A stretch of 64,000 nucleotides of DNA. Origin: Saccostrea cucullata (lineage: Eukaryota). The notes beneath the pieces were generated by a model. It worked only from the letters and a program-made list of their open reading frames with translations, searched no databases and had not been told where the DNA came from. The DNA lies in the NCBI RefSeq assembly GCF_032062105.1, contig NW_026933545.1, positions 186,001-250,000 on the forward strand, read 5' to 3'. This document shows positions 1 to 14,700 of the stretch, one piece after another (within the stretch, counting starts at the first letter, position 1; the number at the start of each line of letters is the position of its first letter). Position numbers and translations under genes: made by a program.

Positions 1-1247
1 AAGTTCTTTCTGACTATAAAGAATTTATTAATTTATTTGAACCTGAAAATATTCTTCAGGTCTTGAGAGAACCTTTATGGTTAAACAGTAGTATCAGAGT
101 ACAAAGTAAATCTGTTTTTTACAAACAGTTATATGCAAAAGGCTTTCATATTGTGTCTGATCTATTGGATACCGAAGGTAATTTGTTATCCTTTAATTGT
201 ATATCCATTAATTATGATGTTTTAATCCCATTTACTAATTATGAAGGGCTTAGACTTTCCATTTTGATAAAATGGCCTGAAGTTAAACAATGTAACATCA
301 GCTATTGGAATAAACATTTACACATATTCAGGTCCTTTTATGATGATTCCGGCTGTAAATCATTATACAATTTCTTTCTATCTAAGAGTTATAACCAACC
401 TGTATGTGTTACAAAATGGACAAGAGATTTAGGTTTGCAGAATGACTTTAACTGGAGAGATCTTTTTACAAACTTGAAATACATAAGTAAAGATTCAAAT
501 CTCAAATAGTTCAATTATAAGATGATACATAGAATTCTTAGAACTTGTAAATTGTTCTTTTTATCTAAAAATTAAAGATAATCCACTGTACTCTGTCTGT
601 AATCTTGAGCAGGAAAAAGCATCTTTTTTTATTTCTGTCTTCCTGTTAAGGGAATATGGGATTGTTTAGAAGAATTTTTTGGAAAAAATATAGACCCAAT
701 TTCTGTTATACTAGGTATTTCTGGCAAAGAAAACACATCTTTAAATGTCATTATATTGCTTGTAAAATAGTATGTATACCAAAAATCTACAAATTGTAAA
801 CCTTTGATATTCAACGAAGTTAAAAATGTAATATGTAAATACTATACTTTTGAAAAATACTTGTTTGCATTAAATATGGAAGACACCCAGTTCAAAAAGA
901 GATGGCAATTGTTAGACAATCTACATGTATTTGAAAAATGATCAGCTGTATATAACATTCATAAAAGGACATTGTAATTATTACTTTTGTCTATTTTTTT
1001 TTCTTTTTTTCAGTGAATTTACTTATAGTGATAGTAAACACAGTGTAATATATAAACATGCATACATATATGTATATGTATATTGAATTATCTTTCTTGT
1101 ATAATTCATAGATAGGTGATACTGAAATGGATGAGTGAGGTGGAAGAATCAGTGAGTGAATGTTTAATAAAAATCCACAATGATTATATAAATATACTGT
1201 TATTTGAAAGTTGAAATGTGGAAATAAAAAAAAAACAAAAAAAAAAC
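1..1247 (+). mobile_element. Decayed 3' end of an L1/Tx1-clade non-LTR retrotransposon (ORF2 C-terminus, zf-RVT region, 3'UTR, A-rich tail)
   Basis: ORF 63-509 (PLWLNSSI..VSDLLD..KWTRDLG) continues past a stop as FNYKMIHRIL..KDNPL..C, typical of L1/Tx1 C-termini. It carries stops and frameshifts. An A-rich tail aataaaaaaaaaacaaaaaaaaaa lies at about 1223-1247. Confidence 0.75.
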
Positions 1248-2130
1248 ATTCGATCATGTTGATATTTCTATTTTAAAAAACCTCTTTTCATCCATTTGTA
1301 ACCTGACCATTGTATGAAACTGTGATCATAATGTATAGCAAGGTAATATATGAACTAAACGAATCATTAATTACAAATTTATTAATGATTAGACTAGATT
1401 TGTGACAGGTTTATTTTTCTGTTAACCTTAATTTCAAACATGTGGGTCAGCGTTGCATGTCAAAAATTTCAACATTTGAAGCTTACCCATGTTCAAAATA
1501 AAAGTAAAATATCCCTCGGCTATAAATTTCACTTAAAATCCTAGGAATTGACTTAAAGCAACAATAATAGCATTAGATTCAAATGGAAAATAGTCTGAAG
1601 TATAAAGCGTTGCTTACTTTTTCAAAATTATATATTATGTCTAACCATGATTGGAGTAAAATAAGAGACAGTGAATAGAAAGTTCAATATTTTTTTTTTC
1701 TCAACATAAAATAAAAAAATTGAGGTATATATGAAAATAATATTTACTGTCAATCCCATTTAATTCATATTAGACAACATAATAAAGCGTTGCTGTTTAA
1801 ATCAGAATATCACATTTTTTTTTCTGTGCTTGTAAAATAAAAATGCATCCACCTGCAACAGTTATCTTTTTAATTACTGGAGTATTCTTTCTTCAAAATA
1901 TTTAAAAGAGAAAAAAGAAGATTTTGAAAATTATGATTCTGATAGATGATAGATTTCTGTAACAATTAAAGAATTATAAATTTAGAAATATCTCTGTCAA
2001 CTTTAACAGTTGAAAGGATCTGAGTACAAATGTTTTAGCTAAACTATGATAAACCATTTTAAAAAATATTGGCAAAAAAAAAAGATAGAAATCAATGTTT
2101 TTAACACAGTTCAAATTTGATTAAATTGAA

Positions 2131-2556
2131 TACCATATATACTCGATTTATTTTTTGACGTTATTTTGGTTGGATATTGACCCGCTTATAAGTCGGTACA
2201 TTTTTTTGACAATTTCAAGTAATTCCGTTGATGTTTTAACCTGATTTCAATTAATACTTTTTTTTCGAAATGACACTGATATTTTATCTTAAATAATTAA
2301 ACAAATAGTTAAAGCTCCCTTAAGATACAAATAAAATTATTAAAATATGTAAATACTTGTGTATTATGTAAGAATGCAAAAATTATCATACATATCCAGA
2401 CCTTAATTTCGGTAATCGTCGGAAATGCGTATAAAATACTACATTTCAGCATCCAGAAAAATACTTATTTTTTGTGACTCGCCTATAAATCGTAGTAGAG
2501 TTAAAGACCAAAATTTAACTCCCTAAAAACCGACTTATAGGCGAGTATATACGGTA
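2131..2556. mobile_element. TA-flanked MITE (Tc1/mariner-pogo type)
   Basis: Terminal inverted repeats taccatatatactcg / cgagtatatacggta, with subterminal ttataagtcgg / ccgacttatag. Confidence 0.7.
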
Positions 2557-2922
2557 TATAATGATCATCGAAAATAAATTCTAGTAGAACGATTTGATGA
2601 TTCTAAAAAAAATACATGGAATCTTATCTTTCTTATCAGAGAGACATTACACATTAATGACTTACAATGAAGTGTTCTATTTTTAAAAAATCTAAAATTA
2701 TAGTTATTTCATCCTTCTCTTAAAAAAATAATCATATACATGTTACACCGTGTAACTTTGCACCATTAGTAATATGTTGTAACATTTTTGTTAAAAGTAC
2801 TAGAAGACGGTGTCATACTTGCATGTAATTTAGTTTTTGGGCATGCCTTAATTCTTATTTCTGAACACAATTTCATACTTATTATGAAGTTTTCTTATAA
2901 AAATGTTTTATATGAAATATAT

Positions 2923-3280
2923 GGAGATAACGAATAGCATTTAAGCTAAAAAATCCATAAAACAATACAAAATATGAGCGGAGCAAACAAGAACCTCCAA
3001 AACATCAGATCTATAGGTTGGTTCAGGTGCCGTGGAGGAGTGTGCATCCCATGTCGAGCGGTCAAACCCGGTGTGCGCTCCTTGTCATGATCGGGAAGAA
3101 ACGGAAAAATCCGTCGTCAATTTACTGTGTAGATAATGGCCTAACAATTAGCATGAAAAAGGTCAGTCAGCATTTGACTCCATGATAAATTATATTTGCT
3201 GACAAGGTTATTGTATCGACCATAGAACTTACCAAATATGACTTTAAACGAGACTGCTGATATTCTTGTTTAATCAACTG
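2923..3280 (-). mobile_element. Fragment of a dispersed Penelope-like-element-associated repeat
   Basis: Motifs ggaggagtgtgcatccc..cggtcaaaccc and ataatggcctaacaatt are shared with copies at about 5375-5600, 28930-29360, 33575-33750, 38390-39070 and 40880-40960. Confidence 0.55.
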
Positions 3281-4001
3281 GTAAATTCTTGTATATATGA
3301 TTTTTTTTAAAATTCCTCTTTGATCGGGCATTTATTTTAAAAAGGAAAAAAATGTATCTTCTGAAGCTTGAATTATTTTTCTGATTAGCCTTTATTATAA
3401 AATAATGATTCATATAAAAAAAATGAAGATAAATTCACGTCTTAACAGTAATAAAGAACATGTACAATATTATTATTGCATTTTATGAGATGTGATCATT
3501 TCGCAATTTTTTTTATTATAAAAAAAAATAGCAACGTATACAGGTTTGAATTCATATCAGTCAAAAGTTGTGAATGTATAAACTGGACAAAACATTTTTA
3601 CAAACAACGTTGTTTCCTCGTCAATATCTATGTAAAAACTGGTATGACAAAAACACAGGAAACAATAAAAAAAATAATTTATTATATAAACGGTAGCAGT
3701 TCAGGTCAAATCAACCTTCATCATCAGGAAGCAAACATAAAAAATAAACAATTAAATTAATCACATATAAAAATTCAACAATAAACAATGGCGTCCCTGC
3801 ACTGCAGACGATAACAATCTCTAATTTAGACCAAAGGACAGAAAAATTCATTGTTCCCAGTTTACTATATATTCACTAAAATATTTCCCCAGCTATTCAT
3901 TATAATTTTTCCACTTCATGAAAATATACAAGGTTATTTTATTCAATTTTGGACGGAAGCAGAATTTTCCAAAGAGTAACTTCCCTTTTCCTTCGAAAAT
4001 T

Positions 4002-7000
4002 TTATCTTGGAGTTGGAGCTGATGGATTGTTAAAAGATCTGAAAATAAAATTTAAAAAAATCTCATCAAAATAAAACTGTTAACATGATCAGCATAATAT
4101 TTTTTGAAATTGTTTTCAAAATATAAGCCCTACGTCTCATGATTGATCAGCCATTAATGAAATTGCAGACTCAGATATTGAAATCTCTTGTTTCAAGACT
4201 AAAGTATAACTCTAATTTAAATAAGATAAATCAAAAGAATTAATTAATTAAAAGAAATTGAGATCAACCTACAGTTTCAAGTCAAGACAAAAGAAATGGA
4301 CTTGTAAGAGAAGAGTGAGAAATTGATAAAGTTTGTCAAAAATGACTGTTTCTAATTTAAGTAAAATAATATCAAATAAAAATCTACTTATGAGAGAGAG
4401 AATCATTTTACTTAGACAAATTTCAAAAAACCCACTTCAATAGAGAGAATCTAATACGTGAATCATTTGTCTATACTTGTATATACATGTATATGAGAAT
4501 TAATCTACATTCAGGTCTTTCTATCTCCGCACTCCTTACCTATTCCGTTCCCTGTAAGTATTTTAAAATTATGAGGAACACACCCCTTTGTTTGTATTTC
4601 AATACAATATTAATCTAGAATCTGAGAAGTATTTGTATTACGTTCCTGTATTACGTGACTTTGGAATGAAAAAGTCGTAACTGCTATGGAAATCATTGTA
4701 CAACAAAAATTAAAATCAATTTTAAGTAGAATCGGATCAATTAAAAAAATTAAACCTGCTTTAAGCTTGTGTTTTGTTTCGTTGTTTTATCTATTATAAG
4801 CGGCATTTTAAAAGATCACCTTGTCAAAAATGCACTATTTGTATAACCCATCGTTCAAACAAATTGAATTTTAAAAATTCAATATTCTGTCTCATGTATT
4901 CCCTCGTTTATTTAGGTTAAGTTCTAGCTAGCTATCAAGAAATTTATATATAGATCCCGAACTGACATATTTGAAAAAAATCTTTTACCAACTATCAGCT
5001 TTGGATTTAATTTTAATTTTGTTTTTTACTTCCTATATTGTGTAAGGTTTTCCTTGAAAAAAATGTATATAACGTAAATTCAGATTGCAACGCATTCAAT
5101 ATTTTTCTAAGTTTTGTTTATTCAGAACAAACTTCAATTTTCTCTGTTTTTTTTTATGCAAATCAGTATTTTAAAAATATTTTAACATATAATCAATAGT
5201 TTTGAAAACAAATACAGCTTGCATTTTAAAAAAAAAAAAAGAAAAGAAAAACTCGTACGCATTGTAAAAAAAAAAAGTACCTAACATTGGACATTTGTGA
5301 AATGAAGTATGAGAAGAAGAACTGTAATCAAACTAAAAGTCTATAGAAACTAAACCAATTTTGATCAGAGTGAGAACTTTTAAAAATATCAGAGGTGGGA
5401 TCAAGCGTCATGAAGGAGTAAGCATCCACTCATCGTTATGTGTTCCTGGTAATGATGGGGTGAAAGGGAAAACCCAGAAACAATTCAATGTGAAAATAAT
5501 GGCCTAACAACTTGTACGAATATGTGAGACATTATTTGATTGTATTTGTTGACGAGGTCATTGTTTCTACCATAGAAAAATGCGAAATGTTGATTGCTCA
5601 TATCTGTGTGTCATTGCTTGTTGGTCAATAGCTTGCTTATCTTGTTTTAGCCATTTTTTGTACGTTGAACCATGCATGAACTCCATATGCAAGTGATAAT
5701 GGTATACATGCATTGCTACACAAATAAAAGAAGTACGATAGAAAAGTTGATGGTATTTCCTTTATCGAATAGTTTAGTTCTTATTTTGACATCAGTGCCC
5801 TTTTCCAGCAAAATTTATAAAAATTCAAACAATCAGACTTTGTGGTGTCTTTTATTTAGAGTTCATGGTATATACCGTATCAACATATGGATATGTACCG
5901 TACGTGAACATAATACAGTGTCTGCATTTATAAATATAAAGTCGTCGATTTATGAACCTGAAAGGCCGCAGTCACGACTCGTGTTGTCGACATGTTTTAA
6001 ATTTCAATAAAACGATTTTATGACTATTGTAAGTGCATTTGTATTTTACCTTTGCATAAAGTTTTCACTTCAAAAGCTACCAATGCAAAGTATTTGTTTT
6101 GGCTAGAAAATGTAATTGGTTATGTAGCTTTAGACTACCAAAAATTACCCAATGTGGTAAAGAAGAAATCAGTTCCCCTATTATTAAATTAATTTAAGCC
6201 AGATCGACAGGTACAGATTCTTATCTACGCAAATAATATCAAAGCATTAAAAAGTTATTAATTGGTAACAATTGAAGAATTCAGTTATTTTGAACAGTAA
6301 TTTATGTCATTAAAGATTGAAATAAAGCTCAGAAAAAGTTATTACCATTGTTTGGGATCAACTTTTGATGACTGTCGTGCATCACAAAAGATGACAAGAG
6401 CAAAGATAATTAAAACAAGCTGCAAAAATAAAAATTCAAGATTAACATTATTCTAACAAGAAAATTTTAAATTATTATTATAAGATTTTTCTTTACATGC
6501 TTATTGCTTATCTGAAAACTTTTTTTTATATAAATATTGTTATATATGTAATATGTAATATAGTATTGAAATAAAGTAAATTCACAATCTTTTAAGGATT
6601 TTTTTTTAACATTAAACATTGTGAACACATAGGTGACATGATACCCATAGTGTTGGCTTAATGTCACAATCTCTATGTATAGAAATGAATATAATGCTTT
6701 CTGTCACAATATTAAGTGTGTACTGGGCTTTCCTTAGTGTTATACCTGGAAGACTCCGCATCCAGCAATGGAACCTGCCACCAAAGCAACATTCCCCAGC
6801 AGCATATTATACACTTCATCAAAACAACTCTGTAATAAAGTGAAATATCTATTTTATAACTCTATAAGAAAACTCTTAAGTTTTTTTCCACTACTACGTG
6901 ATGTTGTAAGGAGGCTGGGGAGGAAAGTCAACAAATTAACCGTCAAATACCTTTTTTGATATGATATCATGGGTTATCAACTATCATTTGATAAAGAAAA

Positions 7001-9760
7001 CTTTCATACATTTTAGTTTCAAATTTTGATCAATTTTCTATAATTATCTTTATTTGGAGCTCTCCTTCTAAAGGAGAACAATATAGTCTAAAAATGCCCA
7101 CCCACACGCCCAGTCCTTTTAATGTTACTTTTTTGTTCCATGTAGGCTTTTTAACGTTTAACTTCTAGTACACTTGTAAAACAAGCTATAATTTATACGT
7201 AATAGCTAACCTTGGTGTATATATCTACTGGTGTCGTTGCACACGTTGGTGTCGCTGAATTTGGGATATTTACGCAACACGTTATTGGAGCTTTTAGACC
7301 AGTTCCGTAATTTGTGTTCCATTGTGCTGCTCCAGTAAAATCATTGTAACTGTCCACTCCACAACATTCAAACTATGGGAATTATAAAAAATTGCTATTA
7401 CTATTTACAGCTTTGTTTCTATCTGAATATCATAACTGTTATCTAGTCTGAAGTCAAAGCTTTTTATGTGGAAACTAGAAAGAAATTTCTATTTAGAATT
7501 ATTTTAATTAAAGTTATTAGCTGTTAAATATACATAGAAGATAAAATTTGAAGTCTTTTTAAAGTTAAGTGTGAATTTATTTGAATAGAGTGGCTATGAT
7601 CTTTATTTGGATTGCTCAATGTTCATGTAGAAGGAGATTTGCATGATACAGGGTATATTTACAATCTATGTTTCTATGTGTTGGCTTTACCTGTCTGTGT
7701 GCAAAATTCCAGCCCAGACTGACGATGTTTGTTCCATTAAACCCCATGTAATCGCTCTGAATAGACGTTTTCAACGGATTCCTTATTTCATCTTTTATCT
7801 GTAAAATATTTTGTAGAGGAATATATTTTTCTTTGTCAATTTTGAGCAAGAAAAGGTAAAAATATAAAATGACATAATGGAAATAATATTTTCAGGATAA
7901 AAAATTCTTTGTAAGACTTTTTCCATACCGTGTCTGGTGAACCGTAGAGGATTCCAACGAAAATGAGTTCTCCGACGAGAATAACGATGACGATGATTGC
8001 ATAAGCAATCAACATAAATTTCACTTTACAGCAAGCTCCGCAACACCCAAGAATCGTAATGATCAAAAGAAAGAGGCCTAGACCAACGAAAAAGTACCCT
8101 AATCCACCAATCAAATCACTGAGGCTGAAGGAAGAAAAATCCACAGTCCCAAAGTTATTATTCTCCAATTGAGTTTGTAAGGTAGCCAAAGCAGTTTTAT
8201 AGTAAGGTTCCAGTAAACTTTCTCCCACTAAACATATCAATCCGATAGCGAAAAACACCAGGCCAAGAACCTGCAAAGAGAACACTTATTTTATTATTTT
8301 TATTATTTTTTTTAAAAATAATTTTGAAAATTGAAATAACTATAATATCGAAAATCTTGTCAGTTCGTATTATTTTTTCAAATGATTTTCAAAATTAAAA
8401 TAACTATCATATCGAAAATCTTTTCAGTTCGAAAAATTTAATCAGTCCCACGTCCATATGTACCAGATTTGTAGGTTGTATTTTATTACCTCCTTTGGAA
8501 GAAAAAAAAACCCAACTGTGTTCAAAATTATAGACTATTCCATATTTTACAAAAAAACTAATTACTAATTGAATTACTGGAATTATGTATGATATCCGAC
8601 ATATTGTCGTTCATAAATTGTATCTAAATTAATTGGAAAATTGTACTGCTTGAAAAAAAATCATTTACTTTAATAAATTATGATTTGCTTTCGTCAAGTT
8701 TACCTTTCGGTAAAATTTAATCCAAAAATAGGATTTAAAAAAAGTTTTATCAATAAGATAATATAATATGAGGAATAGTCAAAATAATTTAAGGTTATGA
8801 GTTTGAAAAAAGTTTTAGTCGAATGCTCACTCCCACATGGAACCCGAACGCCCCTCTGATGTTTTGAAGGTCCGTTTTTGCGCTGTTCCAATTTTGTAGT
8901 ATTTAATTGGCTTTATAGCTTGAATACTGTTCGATATATCCATATAATTATATTTCATTCGAAAACATATAATTTATCTCTTTTTTAATTAAATTTATTA
9001 CTGTACTTTATATTTTACAAAAGTATCATTTTTTTCTTTCATTCTATGTTCGTATTTCTAACAAGGAAGCTCAAGACTGACATTTATCATTGCTGGTGTG
9101 TTGCAAAGTAGATTGCGTCAAAGATTATCATTCAATTCATCTTCCTCATTTCACAATGCTAAATGTACTTCATAGAAGTACTATATAGGACTACAGACTT
9201 ACTATTGGGTAATGGGATTTGTCAATCCACTTACAAGTAGATTCACCATAAGCATGATAAAGCACATACTTAGTATCAGGGAGTCAAGTGGGACCGCTCT
9301 CACTTATTTCAAAACATAACATTTTAATGGTGAAAATGTCCATTAAAAGGTTTTCCCTTATTTTGTCACAAAATGACTAAATATGTGCTACTATGTTTTG
9401 CAAATAATCGGCACTCGGGGCCATTGAGCAGGGAGGGATCTTTTTCGTGCCAGCACCTACTGCAACCCCTACCCCAACTATATTAATAAACGTCCAAATA
9501 TGTATTTTTCAATTTTTGATATTTTTTGTTACTCTTCTTTTTTTCTTGTTTCTTAGCTAAGAAAAAAATTTGGCACTCCTTTTCAAATACGATACTACGT
9601 CTCTTTGTAGAAAAATAGTGTACTTGATCGAAACATTGAAAAAAACTTTTTTAATTTAAAAGTTTACAATGATTGTACATAAATAATAAAATGTACTCAC
9701 CAGAAATATTATGTTTATAACAACAATAAGAACACGTCCCAGCACTACCAGGCAACTCAT
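4002..9760 (-). CDS. Tetraspanin paralog 1 (about 292 aa with the microexon)
   Basis: GT-AG exons with consistent phase: 9760-9701, 8270-7929, 7798-7691, 7372-7211, 6829-6746, 6419-6346, 4551-4540 and 4038-4002. Four TM segments, a GCCGACC inner loop, and EC2 with CCG..PITCC..C..C. The last two exons are less certain; without splicing, the ORF stops at 6342. Confidence 0.9.
5375..5600 (-). mobile_element. Copy of the Penelope-like-associated dispersed repeat
   Basis: Contains gaggtgggatcaag..ggagtaagcatcc..ataatggcctaacaa, like 2923-3280. Confidence 0.5.
6955..7115 (+). repeat. Dispersed repeat, second copy at about 37925-38078
   Basis: gatatgatatc..actatcatttga.aaagaaaa.tttcatacattt..tagtctaaaaatg.cc is present at both positions. 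Confidence 0.7.
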
Positions 9761-11112
9761 TTTTTACGATCTGTTCTCTTGTCAGCCTGAAAAGAAACTG
9801 AGTGAAGTACCAAGGAAACAGAACGCAGCTCCTCCTTCTATTCATGTTCCGAATGAGGAACTAAAGATAATAGTAAGTATAATCTCTACATAACACATTT
9901 AATTCTGAATTTATTTCAGAATACTATAGATTTATCATACTTTAATCCGCTAACTATTTATGGGAGTTGTGGGGACAATGTTTAGTCAAGCTTTAAATTA
10001 AACAACTTGTTGATTGAATATTGAAACACTATATCCGTTTTATCCCAGTAAGTTAGGTGCTTCAGCTAGTGTCCATATTGATAAAGTATATTGCAATGTG
10101 TGGATGCCCTCAAATACGAGGGCAATGATCGGTGGTTTTTCGTTCTTTCTTTAAAAAGGCAAGGCCATTGATGAAAAATCAGATTACGTGTATATTATTT
10201 GTATCGAAAATATTTGAAGACAGGTATTTGAAAATTTTAAAAATGCAAAATTGTTTTTGTGAATATAGAGGTTTGCTGGAGAGCAATTTGTTGGCATATA
10301 CATCTCATGGTTTACTTTTGATTAACCATACACAGTTTATTTATTTTCGATGAAAGGTGTATGGCTTTTCCAAAACGCACTGAATTTAATAAATTATTGC
10401 GCATTTTAGTTGTTTAAACTTAAATATAAAATATTTTCAATGATTTTTTTTGCAGGAAAATAGGCTGTGTCAAGTCACCTCCTTTTAAATCCCAATACAG
10501 TTTTCTTTGTTCAACGTTTCTCTTCGATATCGTGTCATGCACACCTCTGTTCAAACACGAAGATCCCAATGATTACTGAGTATACATGTAACAGAGTCCT
10601 AAATAAATTTTCCATAATTGCCATCACTAAAGGTAAATTCTGTTTTTTTTTTCTATGGAACATAAAGTATCAAACTTCATGTTTTAAAGAATATATTGAA
10701 ATTAAAACTAGAGAAACAATGACAATATACCGTATAAAAAAAATAAATGCATGCTCTAAAGAGAATTAATTCTTATATTAGATGACATGACTATGTACAT
10801 TGACAATTTTTTCAATGCAAGTTTTGTGGCAAATTAATTTTTAAAAAAATAATGCATAGTTTTACAACATAGTAACCAAAGCAGGAAGCTATAGTTCATG
10901 ATATCAAATTTGACGTAATTTTTAAACAAGTTTTAATTTTTATAAACACTTGAGACTGTTGACCGATAAAGAATAAATTTTATTGTAAAAAGGTTATTGT
11001 TACGCGTATCAGCTGAACTCTGTCGTTCATACTCTAGAAACAATGGAAAGAGTTGAAAATTATAAAGACTCTACTTGTAATTAATAAATATACTCTGAAG
11101 TTCTATTTTCTA

Positions 11113-11703
11113 TGGCACGCCAAATTCACAAAAATGAGCTAAGCATAGTTTTACAGTCGATAAACTAGGTTTATCGGTTGTAAACTATAGTTTACGGACT
11201 GTAAACTATAGTTAACAACGTTAATCTATATTTTACATCTGTAAACCATAGTTACTGCGATAATCTATGTTTCAGAACCGTAAACTATACTGAACACTGT
11301 TCAAAAACAATCATTTGCGATTGCAAAACATAGATTATCTGATAAATACAGTTTCACGATTTGTAAACTATGGTTTACAAGTCTTAACTATAGTTAACGA
11401 TCTGATAAATATAGTTTCGTGATTTTTGAAACTATAATTAACAACTCTTAACTATAGTTCACGATAGGAAATTGTAGTTTACAGACGTGAATCTATGTTT
11501 ATCAACAAAATCTATTGTTAACGTTTTATTACAGACAGATAGACTTAGCTTAGGATTCGTAAACTATAGTTAACAAGCGTTAAATATAGTTTTACAGATG
11601 AAAACTATAGTTAACGAATTGTTAACTATAGTTTACAGTTGCTAAGCCTAGTTTATCAACTGTGAAACTTTGTTTAGCTCATTTTTGTGAATTTGGCGTG
11701 CCA
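11113..11703. mobile_element. MITE with ~50-bp TIRs, TA flanks and an internal array of palindromic AACTATAGTT units
   Basis: ta|tggcacgccaaattcacaaaaatgagctaa ... ttagctcatttttgtgaatttggcgtgcca|ta. The interior is made of ~22-bp degenerate repeats. Confidence 0.9.
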
Positions 11704-14700
11704 TAATTTTCGGACTCTAGGTTAAAAGAAGTTTTCATGATTTATGAAACAGTTAAATGGACCCATTTTTTCAGTTTACAGCAGTTTTGAAAACAAAGAG
11801 GGCTACTTTAAACAGTAAAATGCATTTGCTTCTCCATATATCATCTTAATAACTTAAAAAAAGCACCTATATACATGCTTTATAGCTTTAAAAACAACAT
11901 TCATAAATGATTTTATAGCTTTATAAAAATATTTTACATGACTTTATAGCTTTATTAACGTTCAGTAATTCAAGTGCTAAAAAATTGATGAACGAAATCC
12001 GATTAAAAAAAACTTTTCGTTCTGAAGAACTGAAATATTGATTTCATGAAAACTTTACACATGTATTGTTCGTTTTGTATCATAGCTTATAACTATTCCC
12101 CAAGAATTATGAAGTCTAACCTTTTTAAATGATGTTCCTGTTAATGAAAACAAGAGTATTTAAACTTTGGCTGAAATATTACGCGTTCAAGTTAATAATT
12201 ATTATGCTTCTTTAATAGCGAGCAAATTATTTACAAGGACTAGCAACTCTCTAAAACACGAGTATCATTGAAAAGTTTCATATCAATATGGAATCATTTC
12301 AATTGGGATTTTTTTAAGCACAGTTTGTGTTTACATGCTTGTTCTCCTTGGCAAGAATTATGTGTTATATTATGCCATGAAACCACTAGTTGTACAGAAT
12401 TTGTATATTTCCAGTATTTGCCTCGATAAGGTAAACATTTTACTACCTTTAAAAATCGCGTAATAATATAGAAAGATTAGCCAAAAATGGACAATCAAAA
12501 AAGAAATGATGAATGTTTAACGATTTACTATAACTCTCAAGACCTGAGCAAATACATTGAGACTCGCCTCCGAGGACCCCGTCCTGAAGAATATTCTCGG
12601 GTTTGATTTACGATTTTTGAAGGCCACTTTAAGGACCTTTTCATTATTTGTACAGCAGTAAAGTGTAGGATCAAGAAAGAAATCAACCATTTTTTGCACG
12701 ACCAGGGAATAAATCGACAGCTCGTTGAAATTGAGTTTGTGATGAAAAGATCTAGCAATTTCGTACTCATATGTAAATAGCTAGGTAAGTTAAGGGAGAA
12801 TGTTTAACTGAAATCCGTGACTTCTTCAAAAGAAATATCCAACTGTAGGGACCTCAATTAATGAAGATATATCTATTCATTTCTATACAATTAAGAGCTG
12901 TTTAAATGTCCTGGACCTGGTTTTTATACGAATAACATGCCAAAAAGGTATAGCTTGATTTCAAATGTTGTATGATAAGACTCGACTAAAATAACACAAT
13001 TTCAATTTTTTCACGTTAACGTCACAATGAGAAATTCTAAGTATAAATTTCCTTTTAAATAATTATATCTATGATCAATACAGAAGGAGAAAATTTCAAT
13101 AAAAGTCATGGTCACATAAGTTTGCATATTGACTTTTCAGACAAAATAGCGTAAAAACTAAGAGTATAAAATTGATTCAAGAAAGTTTTGAAATTTCAAA
13201 GAATTTATCTTATACCTTCAAAAAAAGGTAAACCAAGCATAGTCTGATGATTAATTTGCACATATGGAGCATTTGAAAATGTAGATACTAAGTTAATGAA
13301 CATCCTTGTCAACTGTGGTCACATTACGTTAATCTTCCAGTTTTACTTTGGCCCTGGGTTAGTAAAAAAAACAAGAAACGCAACGGAACATAAGCTTAGA
13401 AGATGAGAATGGTGTACACATAAATTTGAGCATATTTACTGGCAATGCTGTTCAAATATGTCATGTAAATACATGAATAATTAACCAAAACACCTTACTG
13501 ATGTTGAATGAGACTCGTGAGTAATTAAGATCACAATGAGCCTATTTTGTTGCAATGAATTGAGGGTTGTTAACCAACAGAAATTATAATTTTGTGTTTC
13601 TTTCCATTATGCTTTTATGCTTAAGAGAGGAATTACACCCTAATAGAAAACATTTTGCAATTTTGTTGGCATTCCCGGGTTTTCTTTCAATGGAATATAC
13701 AGAACCGTATATACATTCACTCAAAAAGAATAATTCAAATTTTTTTGGACACAGGATGAAACGGTATATAATGATATAATTACATGTATTATTACAGGTT
13801 TCAATTTACCATTCTCGACAATAAAATTGATAGAAATGAGGCACGAGTTGAGAACGGTTATATATACATGCTTGGATTGGGGAAGAAAAGAAAAACTAGA
13901 GATCGATTATGGACTTTACACGATATTCAATCACTACTAGAAAGGGATGTTCATTGTTCAGTTACAAATCAGGTTCAACATACTGTTTCAAATGAATAAT
14001 TTCAGAAGAAGACAAAATTGATTTATTGTGAACAGTCTAAACTCTAAAAACGCACTATAAAGATTAACATAGAGTATTTAGAATAAATCTCTAACGTACA
14101 CGTATAAAATTCAATTAAAAAGGAGATATAGGGAGGATATTCAATGCTTTGTTAATTGATTTCTTTCACGAGTGTGACATGGTATCACATTGAAATATTT
14201 TGCAAATTTCAATCAATATTCAGAAGGCAATTCATCAGTTTCTCAAAAATCGTTCCACCATATCTAATCAAACAGAGCACCAAATATATGTATCAATCCG
14301 TATGACAAGGGCTGATGTGAAGTTCTTTACTTATGAAAACATTAGTGACAAGAAATGTAAAAATATTTTGATAATTCTTATTTTAGTTTCAGCAATAAGT
14401 ATGTTTATTGATGTATATAAACAATCTTTTTTAGAACAGGTCATAAAAAAACCCGAAAATATCAGGAGGTTATTATCAGTAATTGAATCTTGGCCTCAGT
14501 TTAATTCTTACATTACTAAGCAGATATATGCATGTTACATAATGCATCCTTTTCCCAATATATTCTTTTTTCATCTCCCCCTTTTTTCAAACTTCGACCC
14601 TCTAGCCCTCGTCCTTTGGACTGATTATATTTATTGGTTCTCGGGTTGATATGGTGGAGAGAAAGAGAAAGTGGTGTATTGTTCTATGATTATTGGCATT

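Noticed and set aside
12517-12770. Two overlapping minus-strand ORFs in slightly GC-richer DNA
   Set aside because: No recognisable motif or convincing splice context; possibly a TE remnant.
14200-14649. 149-aa ORF and other short AT-rich ORFs
   Set aside because: Non-ATG starts, I/F/K/L-biased composition typical of non-coding AT-rich DNA, and no domain features.
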